Positions 54,590-63,191 of a stretch of DNA of 64,000 nt are shown piece after piece. Numbering within the stretch: position 1 is the stretch's first letter; each line of letters begins with the position of its first letter. The position numbers and the translations under genes are program-made. The DNA lies in NCBI GenBank assembly GCA_905233935.1, contig CAJOFU010000002.1, positions 11,453 to 75,452 of the forward strand. Direction: 5' to 3'. This stretch comes from Paludibacteraceae bacterium. GTDB taxonomy: Bacteria > Bacteroidota > Bacteroidia > Bacteroidales > Paludibacteraceae. The notes below the pieces were generated by a model. It saw only the letters and a list, made by a program, of their open reading frames with translations, was not told the origin of the DNA and ran no database searches.

Positions 54590-55471
54590 TTAAATAAACA
54601 TTCTTATAAGTGTCAAAAAGATTGCCATAACCGGTGTAGCCAGCAGCAGACTGTCGAAGCGATCGAGCACTCCTCCGTGTCCGGGCAGGAAACGTCCGGA
54701 GTCTTTTATTCCGTAGGAACGTTTGAGCAGACTCTCCATCAGATCACCAAGTGTTCCGGCTACTGTTGCAAGTAATCCAAAGCCCAATGCCACCCAGTAT
54801 TTGGCTGATGGTTGCACGGTGTATTGCCAACCGTCAATGCAATCAAACCATCCGCAATGCGCCAACAGCCAGGCAGCCAACAACACAAACGCAGCTCCTC
54901 CGAACAGCCCTTCCCAACTCTTCTTCGGACTAACGTGCGGTGACATCTTGTGGTTGCCGTTCTTGCGTTTGGCGGTAAGCGAACCCACACAATATGCACC
55001 GGTATCGTTCGTCCAAAGCAGTACAAACAAAGCAAGCAAGAGCCACTTGCTATATGCCAAAACGATCAGCATCGTAGCAAACGGGAGAGCAATCATCACT
55101 TGTCCGGCAAGCAGATTGCCCCAATGAGCTGCGGGTTTAGCTGACTGATAATGTGCCAGTTCGCACACCAGTGCAATTAGCAGCACAACCATATAAGCGA
55201 ACGCAATGATCTGCGCGGAACTGGTCTCAAAGACATAGTTGGTGGCAATCATATGGTTGCAGAACTGCCATACACCTACTCCGGCAAACAACAGCAGATT
55301 GAGCAGCATGCCAAACACACGCGTATAACGTTCATCACCGGTGTCACGCACAGCCAGGGTGCTTACCACGGCAAAGATGGCTGCAAATGCTATCGGATGC
55401 ACAAGGATAGCAGCCACAACAACAGCCACATATAATGCACCGGAAAGGGTTCGTTGTATCAGATTAGACAT
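54590..55471 (-). CDS. cdsA: Phosphatidate cytidylyltransferase
   Basis: C-terminal signature SLLKRSYGIKDSGRFLPGHGGVLDRFDS. Confidence 0.9.
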   Translation of the reverse strand: MSNLIQRTLSGALYVAVVVAAILVHPIAFAAIFAVVSTLAVRDTGDERYTRVFGMLLNLLLFAGVGVWQFCNHMIATNYVFETSSAQIIAFAYMVVLLIALVCELAHYQSAKPAAHWGNLLAGQVMIALPFATMLIVLAYSKWLLLALFVLLWTNDTGAYCVGSLTAKRKNGNHKMSPHVSPKKSWEGLFGGAAFVLLAAWLLAHCGWFDCIDGWQYTVQPSAKYWVALGFGLLATVAGTLGDLMESLLKRSYGIKDSGRFLPGHGGVLDRFDSLLLATPVMAIFLTLIRMFI

Positions 55472-55483
55472 AAAATCAATATT

Positions 55484-57328
55484 TTAGAAGCCAAAACTCA
55501 ATCCCATGACTGCGGTGAAGTTCTTGCCTTGCAAATAGACCGGTGAGAACTTGTTCAGGTAGTACGCTTGCAGTTCGTCGCCGCTCAAGTTCATGCTTGT
55601 GCCGTCCGCATTCCATCCACGGTCTTCACCCTCAATGCGTTCGGAAGTGAGGCTATACGCGCGCGCGTTATTATATATAAGGTCAATATGCGCATAGCAG
55701 TTGTTGAACACCTCATATACGGCGCGGAACTTCACCTCATCGTTACGCCACGTTTTTTCGCTGAACGGTTTCTGCGCAATGATGGGATTCTCTACACGCG
55801 TTCCGGCAATGTACTTACGCACGTAATCATAGTTGCGGTACTTGGTGTCCTGCGTATAATCGAGTGTCAGACGCAGACTACGCGTCGGACGGTAGGACAG
55901 TTGCACAAATATCGACTGCGCATTGTCACCCAAGTAGTGCCCCATTTTATAGCTGTTCGACGTATAGTCAAGCACCTTGATGGAATGTGTGTAAGTGGCT
56001 ATATATGAGCGCATAAACTCACCTTTCAGGCTCAAGCCGTTCAGCGGCCAGCCCGACCATTGAAAACCTACGACGTACGAAATCGGGTTCTTCTCCTTGT
56101 TCGAGGGTTTGAGGCGTGCAAATTTGAACTCGTCAAGATAGAATGTGCCGTAAAGCCGCAAGTGATCCGTCGGACGAATGGTGATAGAGCCAAACACTTG
56201 CGAGTTCTGGTTCTCGACACTCAGCCCTTTGGTCATCAGGTGGTCGAGTGACTTGTAGAACGCAATCGGTATGAAGTACGCCGCTTGCACATTGCGCTCA
56301 GCATACACCACAGAGTTACCGAACGAGAAGTGAATGTACTTGATTGGCTTGAAGGTGAACATATTCGCCGCCATGAACTTGTTCATCGGACGGTAATGAA
56401 TCTTCGTCACACCTTCGTCATACACCTCGCTGTAGTAATATGTTGAGTCGATTACGTTGCTTACGAGCCACGCATGAAACCAATCGAACTGAAACCACTT
56501 GCAGGGCGTCAGTTGTATCGTTACCATCGGCACGGCTGGATTGTGTGCCGACAGGATGGTCGAACTGAGTTGGGCATCGCCCCATTGCAACTGCTCACGC
56601 TCCACAGATATTCGTCCCCACCACGTATAGAGGGCTATACCTCCGCGTGAATCGGAGAAGTCGCCACCGTAATTCGCCTCTTTGTACTGCACGCCTGGCA
56701 GATTATTCAGATAGCCGGGCTTGGTCAGCCGTGCACCGTACATCTTGTCGCCGGAAGTCGGGAAATAAGTACTATTGAGCCAATTACCATTCCAAGACTT
56801 GTCACGAATCGATCCCCATATACTCAAGTGATGCGCTATATCCATCTGCATATCAACGCCATACCAGCGTTTGGTAATGATGCCTTTCTTCGATGCATAC
56901 AGATCCATGCCGAGTATAGGTCGCACACGCATCTTGAACACCTTGTTATTCGTCAGGATGTGCAGCGACGGATCAGCCAGCGAGAGGTTCGATACAGGTG
57001 TGATCCACTGCGTCACATGCCGGTGACCATAACTGTGATATACAGGCAAAGTATCCAGTTCAAGCGCGTAGTCTTGCAGGTAAAATTGCACGTCATCCTT
57101 CTGACGCCGCGATAGCAAACTGTCTTTATCCTGTGCCGTGCGGAGCATTGCCGCTATCTGTGCACGGTTGTACGGACGAATGGCTTCCGTCAGGTCGATG
57201 ATGCCGTCGGTTGCCAGTTCGTCAAGGAAGTCATAGATTTCCGTATACTCCAATGCCTCGGGTATCACCTGTGCTTGCGCCACTGATGCAGTCAGCAATA
57301 GCACTGCCAACAGATATCTGCATCGCAT
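55484..57328 (-). CDS. Outer-membrane protein, capsule-assembly Wzi-like
   Basis: Signal peptide; N-terminal YDFLDELATDGIIDL...PYNRAQIAAML pattern; C-terminal ...GLSFGF. Confidence 0.55.
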   Translation of the reverse strand: MRCRYLLAVLLLTASVAQAQVIPEALEYTEIYDFLDELATDGIIDLTEAIRPYNRAQIAAMLRTAQDKDSLLSRRQKDDVQFYLQDYALELDTLPVYHSYGHRHVTQWITPVSNLSLADPSLHILTNNKVFKMRVRPILGMDLYASKKGIITKRWYGVDMQMDIAHHLSIWGSIRDKSWNGNWLNSTYFPTSGDKMYGARLTKPGYLNNLPGVQYKEANYGGDFSDSRGGIALYTWWGRISVEREQLQWGDAQLSSTILSAHNPAVPMVTIQLTPCKWFQFDWFHAWLVSNVIDSTYYYSEVYDEGVTKIHYRPMNKFMAANMFTFKPIKYIHFSFGNSVVYAERNVQAAYFIPIAFYKSLDHLMTKGLSVENQNSQVFGSITIRPTDHLRLYGTFYLDEFKFARLKPSNKEKNPISYVVGFQWSGWPLNGLSLKGEFMRSYIATYTHSIKVLDYTSNSYKMGHYLGDNAQSIFVQLSYRPTRSLRLTLDYTQDTKYRNYDYVRKYIAGTRVENPIIAQKPFSEKTWRNDEVKFRAVYEVFNNCYAHIDLIYNNARAYSLTSERIEGEDRGWNADGTSMNLSGDELQAYYLNKFSPVYLQGKNFTAVMGLSFGF

Positions 57329-57348
57329 ACTTTCGACTTTTGACTATT
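57329..57348. repeat. Period-7 array at the skp/wzi-like junction
   Basis: actttc gactttt gactatt. Confidence 0.6.
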
Positions 57349-57947
57349 TACTTCTTCTTGGCAGGAGTATAACGAGCATTCAATGCCGAAACAACCTCCG
57401 GAGTGATGTCGTACCCTTCGGCAGAGAGGAGAATATTGTCCTTGGCATTGTTGGAGAAGATCATCTGATAGCGACCTTCGGCATTGAGTTGCTTGAGGTA
57501 ACTGAGGATCGTATCAGCCAGTTGTGCTTGAAGTTGTTGGTTCTCCATGAGGATCTCCTGAGTGAGTTGGGCTTCACGGTTTTCCAGATCCTGTTGTTTT
57601 TTGATTAGACGCTGTTGCTCGCTCTCGGCACGCTCACGGCTCAGAAACGCATTGTTCTCGAGTTTGCGCTGGAAGTCTGCCATCTCGTTTTGCAAGGTAC
57701 GTGCTTTCTGGTTGAGTTCCAGACGAGCATTCTCCTGACGGGTCATCAGTTTGTCTTGTGCCTCAAGCGCAAAGGTGTAACCTTGCAGGATAGAGTCAAG
57801 ATTGATGTACGCAACAGGCAGTGCACCTTCCTGTGCAACAGGTGCAGGTGCAACAGCAGGTTTGTCTGCCGGTTTGAATACGATTACGAACAATGCAGCA
57901 ATAGCTGCTACCAGAATTACGTCAATACAAATTTGAATTTTATTCAT
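57348..57947 (-). CDS. skp: OmpH/Skp family periplasmic chaperone
   Basis: N-terminal anchor followed by a long Q/E/L coiled coil typical of OmpH. Confidence 0.8.
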   Translation of the reverse strand: MNKIQICIDVILVAAIAALFVIVFKPADKPAVAPAPVAQEGALPVAYINLDSILQGYTFALEAQDKLMTRQENARLELNQKARTLQNEMADFQRKLENNAFLSRERAESEQQRLIKKQQDLENREAQLTQEILMENQQLQAQLADTILSYLKQLNAEGRYQMIFSNNAKDNILLSAEGYDITPEVVSALNARYTPAKKK

Positions 57948-57990
57948 TGTAACAAATTTTAATTATACATTGTTTATTGTAAATGATTCA

Positions 57991-58203
57991 CTATAACTCA
58001 TCCACATTCAGCCGCAAAGGGTTTCCTCGTTGTGCTTGCCGGTCTTGCGAACGCGTGCAACCTACTCCACGCTCACGCATTGCTTTGCTCTGTCCAATAT
58101 CTTGCGAACGGAACGTGCCGTTCTTTTTCGCAATGATTCGCACACACATTCCCGCAACACCAACTCCTAATAACACAACCGATATGATAATTGCTTTCAG
58201 CAT
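57991..58203 (-). CDS. Small membrane protein (70 aa)
   Basis: One N-terminal TM segment (MLKAIIISVVLLGVGVAGMCV) and a basic tail; in an operon position. Confidence 0.5.
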   Translation of the reverse strand: MLKAIIISVVLLGVGVAGMCVRIIAKKNGTFRSQDIGQSKAMRERGVGCTRSQDRQAQRGNPLRLNVDEL

Positions 58204-58210
58204 TTCTTTT

Positions 58211-58259
58211 GACTTTCAGCTTATTTCTTTCGACTTTTGACTTTCGACTTTTGACTATA
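58211..58259. repeat. Period-7 array (7 units) at a cistron junction
   Basis: gactttc agcttat ttctttc gactttt gactttc gactttt gactata. Confidence 0.8.
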
Positions 58260-59112
58260 TAGTATCAATAAACTTCTTCTGCTTGCGCTCATACATCCAG
58301 CAGCCCATTATCAGCACAATCAGCATGAACGTAAAGCTGTAGCCGAAAGCCGCCCACGAGAACGAACCCGCTCCGAAAGCACCGTACTTAAACGCCTCGA
58401 TAGGTGCAGTGACGGGGTTAAGCACCATCAGTTTGTGCAAAGTCGGATTCGTAACGAAGCTCAGAGGATACACAATCGGCGTGGCGTACATCCACAGCGA
58501 AACAAGCACAGGGATAAAGTTCGTCAGGTCTTTGTACTTGGTCGTAAGGCTGGATACAATCAAGCCCAAGCCCAAGGCTATACCTGCCAGGATCACAACT
58601 ATCACTGGGAAGAGCAGCAGATACCAGTTCGGGCAGAGGTGAACACCCTTGGCAAGCACAAAGAACAGGTAGATGATAACGAACATCATCAGCTGTATAG
58701 CAAACCGGAAGAGTTTGGATAGTACGATAGATAGCGGGGAAACGAGTCGCGGGAAATACACCTTGCCGAACAACCCGGCGTTCTTGCTAAACGTGCCGGC
58801 TGTGTCCGTCAGACAGGTCGAGAAATACTCCCACAAGCACACACCCGACATATAGAACACCGGTTGTGGTACATCATCGGTAGGAATTCCGGCTATACGG
58901 CCGAACACCACCATATACATAAACACCGAGAACAGCGGCGAGATAAAGTACCATCCCATGCCGAACACGGTCTGCTTGAACTGAACGATGATATCACGCT
59001 TGACAAACAGCCAGACGAGATACTTCTTTTTCCAGAGTTCTTTTATTCCTAATCCGCCACCTGTAGCTTTCGCATCAATGACGGTAGTCCAATATGTATC
59101 GTCTTGTATCAT
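58255..59112 (-). CDS. ABC-2 type transporter permease (paralog 2)
   Basis: Six TM segments; motifs FGKVYFPRL, SSLTTKYKDL, and LNPVTAPIEAFKY. Confidence 0.85.
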   Translation of the reverse strand: MIQDDTYWTTVIDAKATGGGLGIKELWKKKYLVWLFVKRDIIVQFKQTVFGMGWYFISPLFSVFMYMVVFGRIAGIPTDDVPQPVFYMSGVCLWEYFSTCLTDTAGTFSKNAGLFGKVYFPRLVSPLSIVLSKLFRFAIQLMMFVIIYLFFVLAKGVHLCPNWYLLLFPVIVVILAGIALGLGLIVSSLTTKYKDLTNFIPVLVSLWMYATPIVYPLSFVTNPTLHKLMVLNPVTAPIEAFKYGAFGAGSFSWAAFGYSFTFMLIVLIMGCWMYERKQKKFIDTI

Positions 59113-59119
59113 TGGGTTT

Positions 59120-59162
59120 TGCGTAGTTTTCGTAGATTACGTAGTTTGCGTAGATTGCGTTA
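59120..59162. repeat. Period-9 array (5 units) between the two permease genes
   Basis: CGTAG at 59122, 59131, 59140 and 59149, with a degenerate CGT at 59158. Confidence 0.8.
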
Positions 59163-60011
59163 TACGGTATCCATAAAGGATTTCTGTACCTTGTTGAATA
59201 TTGCTAATCCGATTATATCTATCACGATGGTGAAAATCAAACTGTACAGCAGCCACATCCATGAGAACTGCCCTACACCCAAAAGGCTGTATTTCACGGC
59301 TTCCATCACCGGAGTAACAGGGTTAAGCGACATAGCAAGATGCAACTTCGGATTCGTAACCATTGACAATGGATAAATAACCGGCGTGATATATACCCAT
59401 AGCGTTATGACTTTGGCAAAGATAATCTGCAAGTCACGGTATTTGGTGGTCAGAGAGGATACAACCATACCCACGCCAACAGCCATGAAGGCGAGCATAA
59501 TCATCAGCAGCGGGAACAACACGATCTGCCAATGGATGGTCAGTTCCGTGCCGATTGCCAGATAGTAGCAATACGCCGCGATGAAGATCAGCAGTTGTAT
59601 GCAGAAGTACAGCAATTGCACCGTTACCGCCACCAGCGGCATGATGATGCGCGGGAAATACACCTTACCGAATATATCGGCGTTCGACACAAACGAGTTA
59701 CTCGTTCCGGTCAGACTCGCCGCGAAGTATCCCCACACCGAAATACCCAACAGATAGAACAATATCGGAGGTGCGCCATCTGTGGATATATGCGCTACGC
59801 CGCCGAATACCGCCACATAGACGATCACCGACAGCACAGGCGTGATGATAAACCATAGCGGACCAAGAACGGTCTGCTTGTACGCCGTGCGGAACGCGCG
59901 ATCTACAAACAGTACGTACATGTCTCTGTACCGCCAGACTTCTTTCCAGTCAATCGCCAGAATCTTGTCTTTCGGAGTAATTACTATTTCATTTGAATCT
60001 GCCATCTTCAC
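59160..60011 (-). CDS. ABC-2 type transporter permease (paralog 1)
   Basis: Motifs FGKVYFPRI, SSLTTKYRDL, and LNPVTPVMEAVKY; roughly half the residues are identical to the downstream paralog (by eye). Confidence 0.85.
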   Translation of the reverse strand: MKMADSNEIVITPKDKILAIDWKEVWRYRDMYVLFVDRAFRTAYKQTVLGPLWFIITPVLSVIVYVAVFGGVAHISTDGAPPILFYLLGISVWGYFAASLTGTSNSFVSNADIFGKVYFPRIIMPLVAVTVQLLYFCIQLLIFIAAYCYYLAIGTELTIHWQIVLFPLLMIMLAFMAVGVGMVVSSLTTKYRDLQIIFAKVITLWVYITPVIYPLSMVTNPKLHLAMSLNPVTPVMEAVKYSLLGVGQFSWMWLLYSLIFTIVIDIIGLAIFNKVQKSFMDTV

Positions 60012-60043
60012 TATTAACTATTCACTATTAACTCTTTACTCTT
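60009..60043. repeat. Period-7 array (5 units) at the folD/permease junction
   Basis: cactatt aactatt cactatt aactctt tactctt. Confidence 0.8.
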
Positions 60044-60948
60044 CTTCTCCTGAAGCAGTCTATCGTGTTCTGCATCAGCATGGTCACTGTCATCGGACCA
60101 ACGCCACCGGGAACTGGAGTGATGAACGAGGCTATATCCTTGCATGCCTCATAATCCACATCGCCGCTAAGACTTCCGTCAGGCAGACGGCTGATGCCTA
60201 CGTCAATAACTATCGCACCGGGTTTGATGCAGTCACAGGTGATCAGTTTGGGTTTGCCAACCGCTACGATCAGTATATCCGCTTCACGACACACGGCAGG
60301 TAGGTCGCGTGTGTGGCTGTGCGCCACGGTTACTGTACATTGGCGATCCATCAGCAGTTTTGCCATCGGTTTGCCTACTATATCCGATCGTCCGACCATC
60401 ACGGCACGTTTGCCGTCAAGCTCCACGCCGGTTGATGCCAGCAGCGACAAAATACCTTTCGGCGTACAGGCTATCGTGCAACCGTAGTCCGGCACGGGGT
60501 TGTATATCGTTGCCACATGTGCTTTCACCAGCGGCTGATGCAGCCATAGATGCGCAGCGTTCGTCGGGTGGAAGCCATCCACATCTTTTTCCGCACGGAT
60601 AGCACGTATAACATGCTCCTCGTTGATATGTGCCGGAAGAGGCAGTTGAACGAGGATGCCATCGACATCATCATCGTTGTTCAGCCGGTCGATTTGTCCG
60701 CACAGCTCCTGTTCGGTGATATCTGCCGGCAGCAGAATATGCTGCGAACGAATGTGGCAGAACTCCGCTGCACGCATCTTATTGCGCACGTAGATGCTCG
60801 ATGCCGGATCATCGCCAACCTGTATCACCACCAGATTAGGCGTACGGCCGTACAACTCTGCCATCGCATCCACCTGTTGCTGCATGTCCGACCGCAACTG
60901 TGCCGCTATATCTTTGCCCGATATAATCATTCTATCTGCTTTTGACAT
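60028..60948 (-). CDS. folD: Bifunctional methylenetetrahydrofolate dehydrogenase/cyclohydrolase FolD
   Basis: VQLPLP, DVDGFHP, VVGRSDIVGKP, and ITPVPGGVGPMTV motifs. Confidence 0.95.
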   Translation of the reverse strand: MSKADRMIISGKDIAAQLRSDMQQQVDAMAELYGRTPNLVVIQVGDDPASSIYVRNKMRAAEFCHIRSQHILLPADITEQELCGQIDRLNNDDDVDGILVQLPLPAHINEEHVIRAIRAEKDVDGFHPTNAAHLWLHQPLVKAHVATIYNPVPDYGCTIACTPKGILSLLASTGVELDGKRAVMVGRSDIVGKPMAKLLMDRQCTVTVAHSHTRDLPAVCREADILIVAVGKPKLITCDCIKPGAIVIDVGISRLPDGSLSGDVDYEACKDIASFITPVPGGVGPMTVTMLMQNTIDCFRRRRVKS

Positions 60949-60949
60949 T

Positions 60950-61864
60950 CTACTTTCGACTCTTCTTTTTCTTCTTTCCCCAGATGATCGAGTTTGGCTC
61001 GTCGCGTAGATCTTGCATCAGGCTGTCCGCAGTCTGCACAGTACTGTTCACATTGTCGTACAGGCTGTTGTCATGCAGCAGTTTGCCCACTGTTCCGTCG
61101 GTACTGTTGGCGGCTTCTATCAGGGCATTCACATTGGCGATAGCGGAGTCTGCACGCGCGACGAGGGCGGCTACGTCTGCCTCTGATACGTTCGCCGACA
61201 GTTTCTTAACATCAGCCAATATGCTATCCACCTGTTGCATTACGGCGGGTATATCGTTTTTCATCATCCCCTCGAGTTTCAGCGATGACACTTTGAGTGA
61301 TGCTACCATCGCATCGGCATTGGCGAGGATAGTCTTCAGCCGGTCGCCTTCCAGTTGACCGTTCACATTGTCAACCAACACGCGTATCGAGTACAGCGCG
61401 CTGTCGATCTGCGCCAGCATCGAGCCTCGGAGTTCGTCCACCAGCGTCGGTTTGATGTCGGCAGGCAACTCGCTATACGGAGCAATCTCCGTCAGCTCTG
61501 CTCCGGCAGGTATAACCACCTCAATGGCAGAGCCGCCTAACAAGCCGTCGGCAATGATGCGCATCGAACTACCCTCCACCACGCGAACATCCTCGTTGAG
61601 CGAAACCAACACGGTGAAGGCTGTATCTTGTGAGAAATCATAGATGATCTCTTCCACCAAGCCTACCTTGTAACCGCGCACATATACGGGCGCTTGCTCG
61701 GTCAGCCCGCGCAATTCCACAAACCGACCATTATATGAATGACTCGGGTTAAAAATGTTCTCGCCTTTCAGAAAACGGAATCCGAAATACAGCAAGAACA
61801 GGCACAACGCAGCCAGCAACCCGACCTTAACCTCTCGTGAAACTTTTATTGTAATCTCTTTCAT
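60950..61864 (-). CDS. mlaD: MlaD/MCE family protein
   Basis: N-terminal TM segment plus MCE domain (VGLLAALCLFLLYFGFRFLKG...VYVRGYKVG.V). Confidence 0.8.
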   Translation of the reverse strand: MKEITIKVSREVKVGLLAALCLFLLYFGFRFLKGENIFNPSHSYNGRFVELRGLTEQAPVYVRGYKVGLVEEIIYDFSQDTAFTVLVSLNEDVRVVEGSSMRIIADGLLGGSAIEVVIPAGAELTEIAPYSELPADIKPTLVDELRGSMLAQIDSALYSIRVLVDNVNGQLEGDRLKTILANADAMVASLKVSSLKLEGMMKNDIPAVMQQVDSILADVKKLSANVSEADVAALVARADSAIANVNALIEAANSTDGTVGKLLHDNSLYDNVNSTVQTADSLMQDLRDEPNSIIWGKKKKKSRK

Positions 61865-61869
61865 CTTTT

Positions 61870-61904
61870 ACCACTAAACTCTATACACTAAACACTCAAC
61901 TATT
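61870..61904. repeat. Period-7 array (5 units) at the amidase/mlaD junction
   Basis: accacta aactcta tacacta aacactc aactatt. Confidence 0.75.
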
Positions 61905-62988
61905 TCTGCAACTCGATCGCCCGTTTGACGGGAATCTGCTCATTGCCTTGGAAGGCAACCACCACGCAGTCCGGGAACTTCTGCTTGACCGTTGCCTGCA
62001 ACTTCTTTGCCTCGGCGTAGGTCTTGCATGTGCCGTACATATACTTGTACCACACGCCGTCTTTCTTGTACGTGCAGTTCTTTAGTCCCTTGAATGTCGG
62101 GTCGTTGCTCTTTAGTTGCGTTTTTGTGCTGAATATCTGTATCTTATAGGTTATTGATTCTTTCGTTTGCTTGTTTGCTTCGGCTAACTGCTCTTGGGTG
62201 GTCGGCACTTTGACACTGTCTGATGCCAATGCCGGTACAGCCTTACCCGGACGATAGAACTGCGCAAACGCACGGAAAATCGAACGTGCTATACCCAAGC
62301 GGCCTGCATCGCTGGCAAGGAACCTTTCCTCATCGCGGTTGCTGATGAATCCCATCTCCACCAGCACCGACGGACATGCTGTACGTAGCAGCACAAGAAA
62401 CGCAGCCTGACGTACGCCACGGTCACTACGTTTCAGACTGTCAACGAATTGCTTCTGCACCATCGTTGCAAACTGTAGCGACTGATTCATGTAGTCCGAC
62501 TGCATCAGATCAAACATGATGTACGAGTCAATGCTGTTCGGGTCAAACCCCTCATAACTACTCTGATAATCAGACTCCAACTTGATGACGGAGTTCTCTC
62601 GCATAGCGATGTCGAGGTTATCCTCCATCTTGTCCGTACCCAACACAAACGTCTCTGCACCAAACGCATTGTGACTATCCGAAGCGTTGGTATGAATAGA
62701 GATGAACAGGTCAGCTTTGTTCTTGTTCGCGATGTCTGCGCGCGTACGCAAAGGGATGAACACGTCCGTGCTGCGTGTATAGATCACATTCACCTCCGGA
62801 TATGCTTCTTTGATCATGTCGCCGAGTTGCAGCGCAACATTCAGATTCAGCGTCTTCTCACGCGCCACACGACCTATCGCACCCGGGTCATCACCACCGT
62901 GACCGGCATCAATCACTACCGTAAACGCCTGCATCTGCACACTCACTGCCAGACACAACATTATGCTTGCTATCAACCGTTTCATCAT
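61900..62988 (-). CDS. N-acetylmuramoyl-L-alanine amidase (Amidase_3) with C-terminal SPOR domain
   Basis: VVIDAGHGGDDPGA, SIHTNA and LVEMGFISN motifs; SPOR-like tail (YKIQIFSTK...AEAKKLQATVKQKFPD). Confidence 0.9.
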   Translation of the reverse strand: MMKRLIASIMLCLAVSVQMQAFTVVIDAGHGGDDPGAIGRVAREKTLNLNVALQLGDMIKEAYPEVNVIYTRSTDVFIPLRTRADIANKNKADLFISIHTNASDSHNAFGAETFVLGTDKMEDNLDIAMRENSVIKLESDYQSSYEGFDPNSIDSYIMFDLMQSDYMNQSLQFATMVQKQFVDSLKRSDRGVRQAAFLVLLRTACPSVLVEMGFISNRDEERFLASDAGRLGIARSIFRAFAQFYRPGKAVPALASDSVKVPTTQEQLAEANKQTKESITYKIQIFSTKTQLKSNDPTFKGLKNCTYKKDGVWYKYMYGTCKTYAEAKKLQATVKQKFPDCVVVAFQGNEQIPVKRAIELQK

Positions 62989-63019
62989 ATCGTTTTTTCG
63001 TAGAATTACAAAAAGCGTA

Positions 63020-63051
63020 CAAAGTTACTAAAAAATTTTGATATTTCCAAA
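63020..63051 (-). promoter_or_regulatory. Bacteroidota-type promoter for the amidase-led operon
   Basis: Minus strand: TTTG (63048-63051), 20 nt, TAACTTTG (63020-63027). Confidence 0.6.
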
Positions 63052-63108
63052 TTTTACGGGTAGAAAATTGCATATTTGTGTAACAAATAGAAATTTTGCG
63101 GGTAGAAA

Positions 63109-63140
63109 TTTGCATATTCGACTTTTTTTTTATATCTTTG
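63109..63140 (+). promoter_or_regulatory. Bacteroidota-type promoter for the GH2 gene
   Basis: TTTG at 63109-63112, 20 nt, TATCTTTG at 63133-63140. The upstream element ..cgggtagaaa(a)ttgcatatt.. is duplicated at ~63055 and ~63098. Confidence 0.6.
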
Positions 63141-63191
63141 CAAGGAAAATCACCGAATAATGTATTTGATTAACCTTCAAGAGTGAATAAC

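Noticed and set aside
57329-61904. Short repeat arrays as possible CRISPR or mini-CRISPR
   Set aside because: The units are 7-11 bp and directly abutting, with no spacers, no leader and no cas genes. They are micro-tandem repeats, not CRISPR.
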